Below, piece after piece: positions 38,677 to 48,676 of a DNA stretch of 64,000 bases (position 1 is the stretch's first letter; each line of letters begins with the position of its first letter). The stretch is from an uncultured euryarchaeote (lineage in GTDB: Archaea > Thermoplasmatota > Poseidoniia > Poseidoniales > Poseidoniaceae). Below the pieces are notes generated by a model. It made no database searches. It had not been told where the DNA came from and was given only the letters and a program-made list of their open reading frames with translations. A program made the position numbers and the translations under genes. The DNA lies in contig CAXCCF010000001.1 in the NCBI GenBank assembly GCA_963981035.1, forward strand, positions 90,572-154,571. Direction: 5' to 3'.

Positions 38677-38758
38677 ATCTACATGTTCTGTCCCTACCAC
38701 AATAGTCGCCTACGGCGACGTATGGGCGGACACTAATGATGCTATTGGAATAATAATC

Positions 38759-40357
38759 TCATCCATCTACTCGGTATTGCACGGATGTGAAATCATCCAT
38801 TCCTGTTTGAGGTTCAATCCAATCAGGGTCACCTGGAAGTACCAATCCGTCTCCCAACTGAGTCAATTGTTGAGCGATAGACCGTTGGTTCTGTTGTAAT
38901 TTTTCCCAATCAATTTCATCATCTGACCAGCGAGACCATCTTTTCAAACTACGATGACTACGAACCAAATTTGCATATAGTTTCAAATGCAACTTGGCTG
39001 AATTTGGCCACCAATACATGAAAATTAGGAAAACTAAGAAGAATGGTAAATGTGTTAAATATTCTAATAGCCAATGCATAGACAATAATGTATTGACTGG
39101 ACTAGCCTCAGCCAATAGCGCCCAAGTCACCATCAAAGATGCAATAACCCACCAAATTGGGAAAGTTATTACGGCTGCAAGAACTTTGTATGTCCCTAAT
39201 ACTGAATTATCTACAGCATCTGATTTCTTAGCAAAATACATCAATAAGTAATTGGCTTGATAGGCAGGGACATTGCCAATTACTGCACTCCAAGTGATTA
39301 ACCCAAGCATCCAAACGGCAGCCCATGACCATTTTACGATTAGAACGAACCCGTCATATGTGCTCATTCGTTCTGGCTTACTGTCAACATCTAACGGGGT
39401 GATTCCTCTCTCATCTAAATTTGCAAAATGTACGGTACAATCTTCAACAATTTTTGCAGTTTTTTCAGGTTCATTTTGTGCCATAAACTCCCATCCAGCA
39501 CGAATCCTTCTAGCACCTAATACCGATTGGTAATAAGTTGGTTTTGTGAAAGCCTCTCCCATTTGTCGAGCCCTCTCAGCATGGACTACTCCTTTTCCTC
39601 TCCAAATGAACTCTCTATCTTCCCAAGAGGTTTTGGATAATGATGCCCGTTTTAATTCAGCATCAATGGATGTTGTTACCGAGGTAACCCATTCTCTATC
39701 GAGTTTATCTTGAGCCTCGAAATCTTCCATTATATCTGGTAGTTGTGGTAAAACCATTGGTCTTTCAATAACTACTGCACAGCGTTCTCTAAAAGTAGTT
39801 GAATCTGAATAATGCAAACCGATTGGCACCAAGTGTGGCCTTGGTTTACCCAATTCTTCCGCTTCTCTAATTGCTGCTTGAATGATTCTTGCTGCACCTG
39901 AACGTGCCTTTTTGGAACTTGCATCTGTATGTGTTGTTCCTTCAGGGAAAATGATCAATCTTCCTCCATTTGCAACAGCGCTTGAAACTGTCGCTAATTG
40001 ATTTCTATTTCTATCACTTGCAGCCTCTTTGTTTTTGCTATCTTGTGAACGTTCAATTGGTAAGGCTCCTGCAGCTCTAATGAATCTACCCAATATCGGG
40101 ATTTTGAAGAGTGTATGTTTGGCAATCATCGACTGCCTTCCTGGTAATGCTGCATGCATTAACATCGGGTCAATAAGGCCAGATGGATGCCAAGCGATGA
40201 ATAACAGTCCGCCTTCATTTGGCAAATTATCTTCATCAACAAGATTGATCTCTCTGAACCAAATTGAAACCAAGGCACGGGTAAACCTGCGAGTTAAACG
40301 ATAAATGAATCCAACCTTTGGATGATTCTCTCCAACAGGGTCCTTTAACCACTTCAT
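38759..40357 (-). CDS. Glycerolipid acyltransferase (PlsC/GPAT superfamily) with C-terminal TM region
   Basis: HPSGLID (HX4D), IAKHTLF, FPEGT, VPIGL. Confidence 0.88.
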   Translation of the reverse strand: MKWLKDPVGENHPKVGFIYRLTRRFTRALVSIWFREINLVDEDNLPNEGGLLFIAWHPSGLIDPMLMHAALPGRQSMIAKHTLFKIPILGRFIRAAGALPIERSQDSKNKEAASDRNRNQLATVSSAVANGGRLIIFPEGTTHTDASSKKARSGAARIIQAAIREAEELGKPRPHLVPIGLHYSDSTTFRERCAVVIERPMVLPQLPDIMEDFEAQDKLDREWVTSVTTSIDAELKRASLSKTSWEDREFIWRGKGVVHAERARQMGEAFTKPTYYQSVLGARRIRAGWEFMAQNEPEKTAKIVEDCTVHFANLDERGITPLDVDSKPERMSTYDGFVLIVKWSWAAVWMLGLITWSAVIGNVPAYQANYLLMYFAKKSDAVDNSVLGTYKVLAAVITFPIWWVIASLMVTWALLAEASPVNTLLSMHWLLEYLTHLPFFLVFLIFMYWWPNSAKLHLKLYANLVRSHRSLKRWSRWSDDEIDWEKLQQNQRSIAQQLTQLGDGLVLPGDPDWIEPQTGMDDFTSVQYRVDG

Positions 40358-40439
40358 AACCGAGCCTATTACCTAATAGTAAATTAAATAACTACCGGCC
40401 AATATCTTATTTGGCAAAGAGAACTCACATATTGAGTAT

Positions 40440-42425
40440 TCAATCATCAAGTTCTGCATCTACAATTGATTCAATGTCTGAATCGATAGATTCCACGTAG
40501 TCTTTTGCTGAATAATCTGATGAGGCAAAACTTCCTTCTTCTTTGTCAGTTACTAATCCTGCCAACAAAAGAACGACTAGGAATACTATTGCGAAGCCCC
40601 CTATTGCTAGGGCAATATTAGAAATGCCATCTGACGAGCCCTCTGCGGAAGAAATATCTTTACTAGGATTCATCAACATAATATCTGCTGTAATGATTGC
40701 AGTTGAATAAGAATCTGTACCTTCATTACCAATTCCACGAATGGAAATTGTGTGATTCCCTTCTAAAGTAATTCCAGGCAGGTGTTCTAAATTATGAATC
40801 ATGTCAATGGCTGAAATTGTGAATTCATCATCCCCATGGTCAAATGAATGAAGGTTACTCCAATCATCCCTCAAATGATTACTTCTCCATTGGATTGTGT
40901 CTACTGGTTGTGAAATATTGAATTGCAACTTGTCAGAACTCTCTAAATGAATACGATTATCCATGCCAATTTCAGTAATGAGATTAATTGTGATATTATT
41001 GTTGAATGTATAATCCCGTTCCGCAGCCTCCATTACCGAATCAAGTGCTCTTACCTCGCCATGACCGTAAACATTGTTTTGACGATTTTTTGGAGCCAAA
41101 TCCTCAATACAAGGCTGATTCTTCAACATATATTCACAGCGACGGTATGTGGCTGTTTCTTGCATAATATTTCTAATGTCAAATGGAGATAAATCTGGAT
41201 TTGCTTGATACATTAATGCTGCAACCCCTGCAGCCCCAGGTGTTGCCATTGAAGTGCCGGACATGTCGGTATATTGGTCACCACTATTTGCTTCAACAGA
41301 CATTACATTAGAGCCAACATATGCAATGTTTGGCTTTATTCTTCCTTCCTCTGTAGGACCTTCACTGGAATATGGTGCTATTCCAGAATCCTTGTCCAAT
41401 GCTCCAACTGTAATTACATCCTCAGCAGAACCTGGGGTTCCGATTTGCCCTGGTCCAGCAGTATTTCCTGCTGCAATGAATAATGCGATTCCAGAACGGA
41501 CCATTTCATTTGCATAACGATTGACACTATCTTCTTCAGAAGAAGTCCATTCGATTATTCCCGGACCTCCAAGGCTCATTGATGCTGCACGAATATTGTA
41601 TTCAAAACGATGGTCAACAGTCCATTGCATTCCAGCCATTACAGTTGCAAATGAACCTGAACCTCCGCCATCAAGCACCTTGACACCGACTAAAAATGCC
41701 TGTGGAGCCATTCCGATATGGTCGTAATTAGGCGCTCCTGTACCTGCAGTTGTTCCAGCACAATGAGAACCATGACCGTGGTCATCATAAGGGAATATTT
41801 CGGTTCCATTGGTCGCTGCTGGATTATTCACTGGGTCATAAAATCCAATCACTTTCGGATCGTATGTAGAATTGTCATCATCTAAATCATCAATGCTTGA
41901 ATGCGCTCCATCGATTCCTGTGTCGATGATAGCAACAGTAGAACCGGCACCATCATAGCCAGTATTTTGCCAAACTTGGTCAACGCCATGCAAGACTGCA
42001 GCATCTCCGTTCTGGATGGTGAGGATGCTGTCCAGTTCAATCATTACCACTCCTGGTAAAGCGATTGTATCCAATACTAAATCTACTGGAATTCTTCCAG
42101 CTAATGCATCAATATGTGTTAGTGTCCATTGATGTTGATAATTCACTTCGCGCATTAATAGGTCAATTTCTTCTTGGCCAGGGGTGTGGTCAAAGTCGAT
42201 GATTAACGGCAAGGTCTTTTCATCATCTAAGAAAATCGGGTTGTCCTTATGCAACTCAACCATATCTCCAATCTTGTTTTGATTTCTGTCAACGGTAGTT
42301 TCAACCCACCAACCTTCTTCAGAATCATCACTAGATGTTTCAGCATAAACTGGTGTTGCCATTATCAAAGTAGGTAACAAAAAGATGGTAAGACAAAATA
42401 GTGCCATTGCGTTTCGGAGTGCCAT
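40440..42425 (-). CDS. Secreted, membrane-anchored S8 subtilase
   Basis: IIDTG, HGHGSHCAGT, AAGN, SGTSMATP; signal peptide, prodomain and C-terminal TM. Confidence 0.93.
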   Translation of the reverse strand: MALRNAMALFCLTIFLLPTLIMATPVYAETSSDDSEEGWWVETTVDRNQNKIGDMVELHKDNPIFLDDEKTLPLIIDFDHTPGQEEIDLLMREVNYQHQWTLTHIDALAGRIPVDLVLDTIALPGVVMIELDSILTIQNGDAAVLHGVDQVWQNTGYDGAGSTVAIIDTGIDGAHSSIDDLDDDNSTYDPKVIGFYDPVNNPAATNGTEIFPYDDHGHGSHCAGTTAGTGAPNYDHIGMAPQAFLVGVKVLDGGGSGSFATVMAGMQWTVDHRFEYNIRAASMSLGGPGIIEWTSSEEDSVNRYANEMVRSGIALFIAAGNTAGPGQIGTPGSAEDVITVGALDKDSGIAPYSSEGPTEEGRIKPNIAYVGSNVMSVEANSGDQYTDMSGTSMATPGAAGVAALMYQANPDLSPFDIRNIMQETATYRRCEYMLKNQPCIEDLAPKNRQNNVYGHGEVRALDSVMEAAERDYTFNNNITINLITEIGMDNRIHLESSDKLQFNISQPVDTIQWRSNHLRDDWSNLHSFDHGDDEFTISAIDMIHNLEHLPGITLEGNHTISIRGIGNEGTDSYSTAIITADIMLMNPSKDISSAEGSSDGISNIALAIGGFAIVFLVVLLLAGLVTDKEEGSFASSDYSAKDYVESIDSDIESIVDAELDD

Positions 42426-42584
42426 AAAACAATCACCTTCAACACATCCACTAGCGTTTATCCTTTCAATTTAGTGTTTGATAGTTTATTACTCGCAATA
42501 AGATTTCAATCACAAAACTACCTATTTGTTTTCATTGCCGGAATAATGCTTAAACCAATATGCGGTAATCAATAGTTGATTAAT

Positions 42585-45500
42585 ATGGCTGCACCAACAA
42601 GAAAGGCTCCGCAACGAATTTCTAAACAAGGACTATTAGCGCGCACTAATGATTCAAGTACGATTTATTCATCTTCCGAGAATAGCACAATTCAAACGCC
42701 GATGGTAATTAGCCAGCCAGGAAAAATTAGAACCCAAGACGACATTAATCTTGAGAAATTTGCTCAATTGATAATGTATATTGTAGCATTGATAGCCATT
42801 TGGGGCGGTATTTTTAGTATCGCTTTTGACGACAATGCAACTAATTCTAATTTCCTGATGCTATTTATCGGCGGATTGGTATCTGCAGCGATGGCTATCT
42901 CTTGGATTGAATTGCAATCTAAGAAAAATGCACATCAATTGATGGAAGTGCAAAATTACATGCTTGGACTCGGTTTCTTCTTTGCAACAGTTGGCACATT
43001 ATGGGGGGCTCGTTATCTAATGGGTTTCGCTACTGGAGAAGGCCTTGAGATATTCGGAGATCCTAACACATATGAGGGAGGAGCTGATTGGCAGCCAAAT
43101 GCAAATGGAATTTATGTTCAGGTAATTGCCGTAATCGCCCTACTACTGACAGAAATGAAACTGCTAAAGAGATACAAAGGTGCTACAACATTTGGATGGG
43201 GCGTTGCTATTTATGGCCCGTTAGCATTGATGATTACGGGAGTAGGACCTTGGATAGATTGGTCCAATAATGAAGTATCTTACGAGTTAGGAATTGCAAT
43301 AATATTGCTCTCTTTTGTCAGCATGGAAGCTGCATTACGTTCAAATAAATCGATGCACTTCTTTGTCGTAGCAATCGTTTCAGGCCTAGTTCCAATTCTT
43401 TACGAATTATTCAATTCAAATGCACCTCCGGGTGGCGAAGGCGGGGCATTATCTCTATTGATATTCATCATTGCGATTCAGGGATACTATGCTTCAAAGG
43501 AAGAATTGCGCTCTGAATTGATGCAGAAAGCAAGTGTCCTATTGGTGGGCGAAGTATTAGTTGCAATGTTTATTGCTAGAATTGCTGATCTAAACTTAAT
43601 CCTTGGACCACTTAGAGCTGAAAACATAGGAATGTTAGCAGAACATCTAACTTTACCTGTGATGTTGTGGGTTACTGTACTGATTGCATATTTCCCTGCA
43701 GTTATGCAACGAAGAGTTCCTTGGATGCCTATTGGTTTGGCTTTTTCTCTATTCTTTTTACCTACGGGTTCCAATATGATTCCTTGGATTATTACATTGG
43801 CTATGATTCCTTACATGCTATTTATCAATACCAATACAAGAAAATGGGTTGCTGATTTTACTGTAGCGATGATTGCAGTCTCGTTTTTCATGACCGATTT
43901 ATTGGCCCGGGTTGGAGGCATCAGTTATGCTGAAATATTCTCCATAGATTATGCAGAATATTTTGTCCCAATCGCATTGGTTGTCATTGCTGAATACGGT
44001 TTCAAAAAGGAAAAAATATCATCCTGGGCACACTTGTCCATCGTTTGTGGAGTTGTATTGTCGCGAGCAATATTAGGTGCTGAAGAATGGTTCTTACCTT
44101 GGGTTTTCGTGGCATACATCTTGTACATTGCAAATTATAGCCTCAAGTCTGCTAGTGAATCAAACATATTTAACGACAGAAAAGAAGCGTCCCTAACAAT
44201 TGTAATCGCACTAGGTTCAACTCTGTTATTGGCTATATTTGGAAAATTAAACTTACCTGAAACAGCGCTTGATGACATGTTATCTGGGTTTAATCTCTCA
44301 TTAATGATACTTGGAATTGGTTCATATTACCTATTACGTAATGGCAGAAATGTTGAATTCGACATAGGGATGTTGCTGAATTGGCAAACACAAAAAAAGA
44401 ATGCGACTACATATAATTCTGAACTAAATGCATGGGTTGAAGTTGATACAAAAAGTGAAGATTATATCAAACAATTTGAACAAAATTGGTTGTCAAAATC
44501 GTGGGGTTCTCTTGCGAGAATGGGACTAATTGTTCCTCTTGTTTTTATGACAATTGCAATCGCTTCAGTAGAGATTAAACCTTTTGCTCAAAACCCTATT
44601 TGGGTAATGTTACTATCAATTCCAGTCGCAATATTAGTTTACGAAATTCTCGCACTTGACAAGATTAGTTCCGTCACAAGAGCAACAGGGGTATGGATGT
44701 TGGTGCTGATGGCCATTCCAATGATACTTCGGATGCAAATAGCAAGAATTGGAGCAACTGAAAAACAACTGGAGGTTTTTAGTGGATTGATACCTGCTGC
44801 GATTGTATTAGATTTGATTTTGATCGCAGCACCATTCATTGTAAACTCTCAAATAAATAAGCGTGGAATAGATGATGAAGTATTGTCAAAGAATGCTGAT
44901 GCTTCTGCATTGGCTGGACTTCTATTACTCGCAATGATGGACTCTTCTGGTGGATTACTTCTGATTAGTATGTTTGTATTAGTGACAAGTAGAGCGATAA
45001 AACATAGACACAATACGGTGCTGTTAGCATCCCCACTAATCTTCGCATTCGTTGGAATCTCTTGGCTGGAAGAATTTGGATTGGCCAATACGATTCTAGA
45101 TGCTTTGGCAATTGATGTCGAATTTGGTTTCCTTACGATTGCAAATATTAGTGGATGGATAATTGCAATCCAAATGAGTATCGTATGGATAATGGCAACA
45201 AAAGAGGTTGATGATGAGACGAAAATTGAATTGCCATGGTGGGGCTCAATGGCTTGGGTTGCTGTAGGATTAATCGCCGCTATTTCTGAAGCCTCTTGGC
45301 TTCCAACTATTTTCACAATTATGTTGACTGGTAGTGCTATCTACAGGGGCAAGGTTTCGTTCATACCTGCTATGCCTATTGCCTTCTTCTTCTCATTGAT
45401 AATTGGAATGGGCGGTGATGCAAACTTTACTGATTGGGATGATGGAGAAATATTTGGATGGAGTGCCATTGCTACTGCATTCTTCACACTGTCACTTTCA

Positions 45501-46673
45501 GCAATGGAGATGACCGATTGGTTATATTCAAAATGTGACGAAATTGATAATGAACTTGAAAATTGGAATACCTTTTCATCATCTACTCAAGCGGGAAGAG
45601 ATCAAATTTCAGATGCACTAAGAATAATAGGCATTGGAGCATTTTTGTTATCCTTTGATGTGGCAATTGGAATCGGTCCTGTTGTTGCTTCAATTTGGGT
45701 AACTTATATTGCGATACGTAAAGGCAATACAAATGGACTACTATTGATGCCATTATTACATGGAATTTCAATCGCTAACTGTTTGAGTGAAGCCGAAATT
45801 GCTTCTGAAGAATTTAGACAACTCGTTGTTGGATTATTAATGGCAGTTGAAGGTGGAGCGCTAATCTACTTCTCGACACAAAATGACAGGGTATATGATT
45901 GGCAGACATTCAATTGGGAAGATGATAATGAGTTCTTAGATTTCATGGACTACTTAGGAATGGGAGGATTGCTCTCAGCGATTTCTGGAATATGGTATGC
46001 ATTTGAAGGCACGGATATTGATTCATTTTCTTGGCTGATAATGACTGTACTCTTTACTATGATTGCTATTCAAGGATTTTCTGAAGAAAATGATGCTCGT
46101 TGGAGAAGAGGATTTGGAGGATTTGGCTCATTGATTACAGCATTCATTTTCGCCAATACTTTAGATTCGGAAATTTTCCAAGCACTCGGTTATGTATTCT
46201 TGGGAATACTTGGATTCGGTTATGGTGCAATGTTCAGCCAAAGAATTGGTGAAGAAGGCGAGATATATGTCGCTGATGAACAAATCCAAGAAGCAGTTAT
46301 ACAAGCCACGATGGCGATGCCAGTAGTGGAAAAACAAAGTCAAAGTGGCTTACTCAAAGCCACTAATGAGATAGTTGCAAAGAAAGAAGAGCAACTGGAA
46401 ATCGTTGAAGAAGTTGAAGAGGATTCAGTAATCGAAGAATCTGATGATGAAGTAATAGAAATTGAACAACCAGCACCAATTATTGCACCAGCAGAAATTC
46501 AGCCTATTCATAATGGCTTGATTGAAACTGCTGATGGTTTTGCCATCAGACTACCTGGTGATGTGGTACAAAACATCTTGAATTCAATCAACAATACTCC
46601 ACATGAAGGGTTCAAGCCGGTATTAGGTTTCTCACCTTCTGGACAAGTGATGCTAAACTTTGAAACTGAATGA
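42585..46673 (+). CDS. Very large polytopic membrane protein of unknown function
   Basis: About 1360 aa, almost continuously hydrophobic segments, acidic C-terminal tail and short terminal domain. ATG 42585 preferred. Confidence 0.75.
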   Translation: MAAPTRKAPQRISKQGLLARTNDSSTIYSSSENSTIQTPMVISQPGKIRTQDDINLEKFAQLIMYIVALIAIWGGIFSIAFDDNATNSNFLMLFIGGLVSAAMAISWIELQSKKNAHQLMEVQNYMLGLGFFFATVGTLWGARYLMGFATGEGLEIFGDPNTYEGGADWQPNANGIYVQVIAVIALLLTEMKLLKRYKGATTFGWGVAIYGPLALMITGVGPWIDWSNNEVSYELGIAIILLSFVSMEAALRSNKSMHFFVVAIVSGLVPILYELFNSNAPPGGEGGALSLLIFIIAIQGYYASKEELRSELMQKASVLLVGEVLVAMFIARIADLNLILGPLRAENIGMLAEHLTLPVMLWVTVLIAYFPAVMQRRVPWMPIGLAFSLFFLPTGSNMIPWIITLAMIPYMLFINTNTRKWVADFTVAMIAVSFFMTDLLARVGGISYAEIFSIDYAEYFVPIALVVIAEYGFKKEKISSWAHLSIVCGVVLSRAILGAEEWFLPWVFVAYILYIANYSLKSASESNIFNDRKEASLTIVIALGSTLLLAIFGKLNLPETALDDMLSGFNLSLMILGIGSYYLLRNGRNVEFDIGMLLNWQTQKKNATTYNSELNAWVEVDTKSEDYIKQFEQNWLSKSWGSLARMGLIVPLVFMTIAIASVEIKPFAQNPIWVMLLSIPVAILVYEILALDKISSVTRATGVWMLVLMAIPMILRMQIARIGATEKQLEVFSGLIPAAIVLDLILIAAPFIVNSQINKRGIDDEVLSKNADASALAGLLLLAMMDSSGGLLLISMFVLVTSRAIKHRHNTVLLASPLIFAFVGISWLEEFGLANTILDALAIDVEFGFLTIANISGWIIAIQMSIVWIMATKEVDDETKIELPWWGSMAWVAVGLIAAISEASWLPTIFTIMLTGSAIYRGKVSFIPAMPIAFFFSLIIGMGGDANFTDWDDGEIFGWSAIATAFFTLSLSAMEMTDWLYSKCDEIDNELENWNTFSSSTQAGRDQISDALRIIGIGAFLLSFDVAIGIGPVVASIWVTYIAIRKGNTNGLLLMPLLHGISIANCLSEAEIASEEFRQLVVGLLMAVEGGALIYFSTQNDRVYDWQTFNWEDDNEFLDFMDYLGMGGLLSAISGIWYAFEGTDIDSFSWLIMTVLFTMIAIQGFSEENDARWRRGFGGFGSLITAFIFANTLDSEIFQALGYVFLGILGFGYGAMFSQRIGEEGEIYVADEQIQEAVIQATMAMPVVEKQSQSGLLKATNEIVAKKEEQLEIVEEVEEDSVIEESDDEVIEIEQPAPIIAPAEIQPIHNGLIETADGFAIRLPGDVVQNILNSINNTPHEGFKPVLGFSPSGQVMLNFETE

Positions 46674-46679
46674 ATAGAT

Positions 46680-48062
46680 TCAGTCGCGAGTTGCTGCTCC
46701 TTCATCGCCAGCATTGATTCTAGGTGCGCTAGATTGAGGACTGCTTGGGTATGCGCCCCAATAGGCCTCTCTTGCTTCTTGGTTGATTTGCATACATAGA
46801 ACGACATCTGAATCTCTTGCAGGCATTATCTCGCTTCCATTGAGATGATTAATAATTGGTTCAATGTTACTTAAATTCATCAAACCCCAACCTGTTTGAG
46901 TGCAAGGTGCAACTGGAGAAATAGGCATTGTACCACTGGTAGGATCCCAATCCAAATTAGGATACCATCCGCTCAAGTTTATCGCTTCGCGCACATCATA
47001 ATTCTTTATTTGAATTGGATTTCCTTCATTATCAGTTCCATTAACCAAATTGCCAGAACGATTGGAAGGGGAAGCTCCACTACCATCATCAGAAAATTGG
47101 TTTCTTAATTCCTCTAATACGAAAGAAATTATTCCAGCGGTCCTCGGTGTAGCAAACGAAGTACCAGAGGTTTCATGATAACCATTGACATCTTGGTGAT
47201 TTGGCAATACTTGTGTCCAATCTGCCGAGATATCAGGATAGGAGCCTGACATTATTTCTTTTTGGTCATCACCTTCTTCAGCATAACCTGCAATACCAAT
47301 ACTCCATGGCGGCCCTGCTGTTGCATCCTGCACAGCAGGCGATGGCGAATTATCTGCTGCACCTGCATGAAGTTTCATTTGAGATACTACTGCCTCCTTT
47401 GTACCTAATTCAATTCCTGGAACTGGAAGCGAACCTGGTGCCCCAAAGGATGTTGTTATTACATCAACAAGTGGTTGATTAGCCGCTGCAAGAACTGCTT
47501 CTGTACTAAACCCTTCAACGAAGAATATCACAGCATTAGGATTTGCATTTACTACCGCACCGGTAACTGCTGAGCCATGGCCATCATTTGGGTCATCCAA
47601 TATTGGCGTTCCATCTCCTTCTGTCCAATCTGGAGATTTGCCAAAAATTCTAGTTCCTTCAAAGTAAACTACATCGTTTGAACCAATAAGGTCCCAGCAT
47701 CCCTCTCTATCTGCATCAACTCTCTCTTGATATGTGCCTTCAAAGGTTAATTCACAGGTAATTGTGACGCCGAGTTGTTGCCCTAGCCACGCAGGTAATG
47801 TTTCATTACTGCGAAAATGATCATGATATACGTTTATTCCAGTATCGATTGGTGCTACTACTGAAAATGACCTCCATTTATCATCCTCTTGTTGCATTAC
47901 AACTTCTGAAGTATCTTTATCCGAAGTTGTGCTCATCGCAATACCGAGAACGACTGTTGATAGAAGTAGAGTCGACAATAATGCCCCCATCATACGATTA
48001 GGAGGAATTGCTTCAACCTCAATAATTGCATCCGCGACATCGTCAATAACATCACCGGACAT
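46680..48062 (-). CDS. Divergent S8-family serine peptidase with N-terminal anchor
   Basis: [24 protein letters not shown]; catalytic triad intact. Confidence 0.82.
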   Translation of the reverse strand: MSGDVIDDVADAIIEVEAIPPNRMMGALLSTLLLSTVVLGIAMSTTSDKDTSEVVMQQEDDKWRSFSVVAPIDTGINVYHDHFRSNETLPAWLGQQLGVTITCELTFEGTYQERVDADREGCWDLIGSNDVVYFEGTRIFGKSPDWTEGDGTPILDDPNDGHGSAVTGAVVNANPNAVIFFVEGFSTEAVLAAANQPLVDVITTSFGAPGSLPVPGIELGTKEAVVSQMKLHAGAADNSPSPAVQDATAGPPWSIGIAGYAEEGDDQKEIMSGSYPDISADWTQVLPNHQDVNGYHETSGTSFATPRTAGIISFVLEELRNQFSDDGSGASPSNRSGNLVNGTDNEGNPIQIKNYDVREAINLSGWYPNLDWDPTSGTMPISPVAPCTQTGWGLMNLSNIEPIINHLNGSEIMPARDSDVVLCMQINQEAREAYWGAYPSSPQSSAPRINAGDEGAATRD

Positions 48063-48132
48063 GCTTCTGCCTCAAATATTACCTTCTTCAACACTACGCC
48101 TAATTGAAAGGGTCAAGCCTCATGGCTTCAAC

Positions 48133-48675
48133 ATGGACGAAAGGTCACAACGCTTGGTTTGGATAGACCTTGAAATGACTGGCCTAGATATTGAAACTGA
48201 GTCCATTATAGAAATTGCTACAGTGATAACCGATGGACAATTAAATATCCTCGCCGAAGGTCCAAACCTTGCAATTAGTGTTAGTGAAGAGTTATTGGCG
48301 AATATGGATGAGTGGAATACAAGCCACCACACACAGAGTGGGTTAGTGGAAAGAGTTCGTAATCAATCAGTTTCAACTGAAGAAGCCGAAAGGCAAACAA
48401 TTGAATTCATATCAAAATGGGTCGATAAGGGAGTTGCGCCATTATGCGGCAATTCCATTTGGAATGACCGTAAATTCATGGAAAAGGAAATGAAGCAACT
48501 AGTACAATACCTACACTATAGAATGATAGATGTCTCTACTATCAAAGAATTATCAAAGCGATGGTATCCTGAAATTGAAGGATTTCAAAAGAAGGGGAGC
48601 CACCTTGCTCTTGACGATATTTTAGAATCGATTGAAGAGTTGAAATACTTCAGAAACAAACTATTCAAGGATTGA
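48133..48675 (+). CDS. orn: Oligoribonuclease (DEDDh)
   Basis: [52 protein letters not shown]. Start moved to ATG 48133. Confidence 0.95.
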   Translation: MDERSQRLVWIDLEMTGLDIETESIIEIATVITDGQLNILAEGPNLAISVSEELLANMDEWNTSHHTQSGLVERVRNQSVSTEEAERQTIEFISKWVDKGVAPLCGNSIWNDRKFMEKEMKQLVQYLHYRMIDVSTIKELSKRWYPEIEGFQKKGSHLALDDILESIEELKYFRNKLFKD

Positions 48676-48676
48676 A

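Noticed and set aside
38677-38758. Canonical Moco riboswitch
   Set aside because: The intergenic space is only 82 nt and I cannot see the multi-stem motif; kept only as an unnamed stem-loop.
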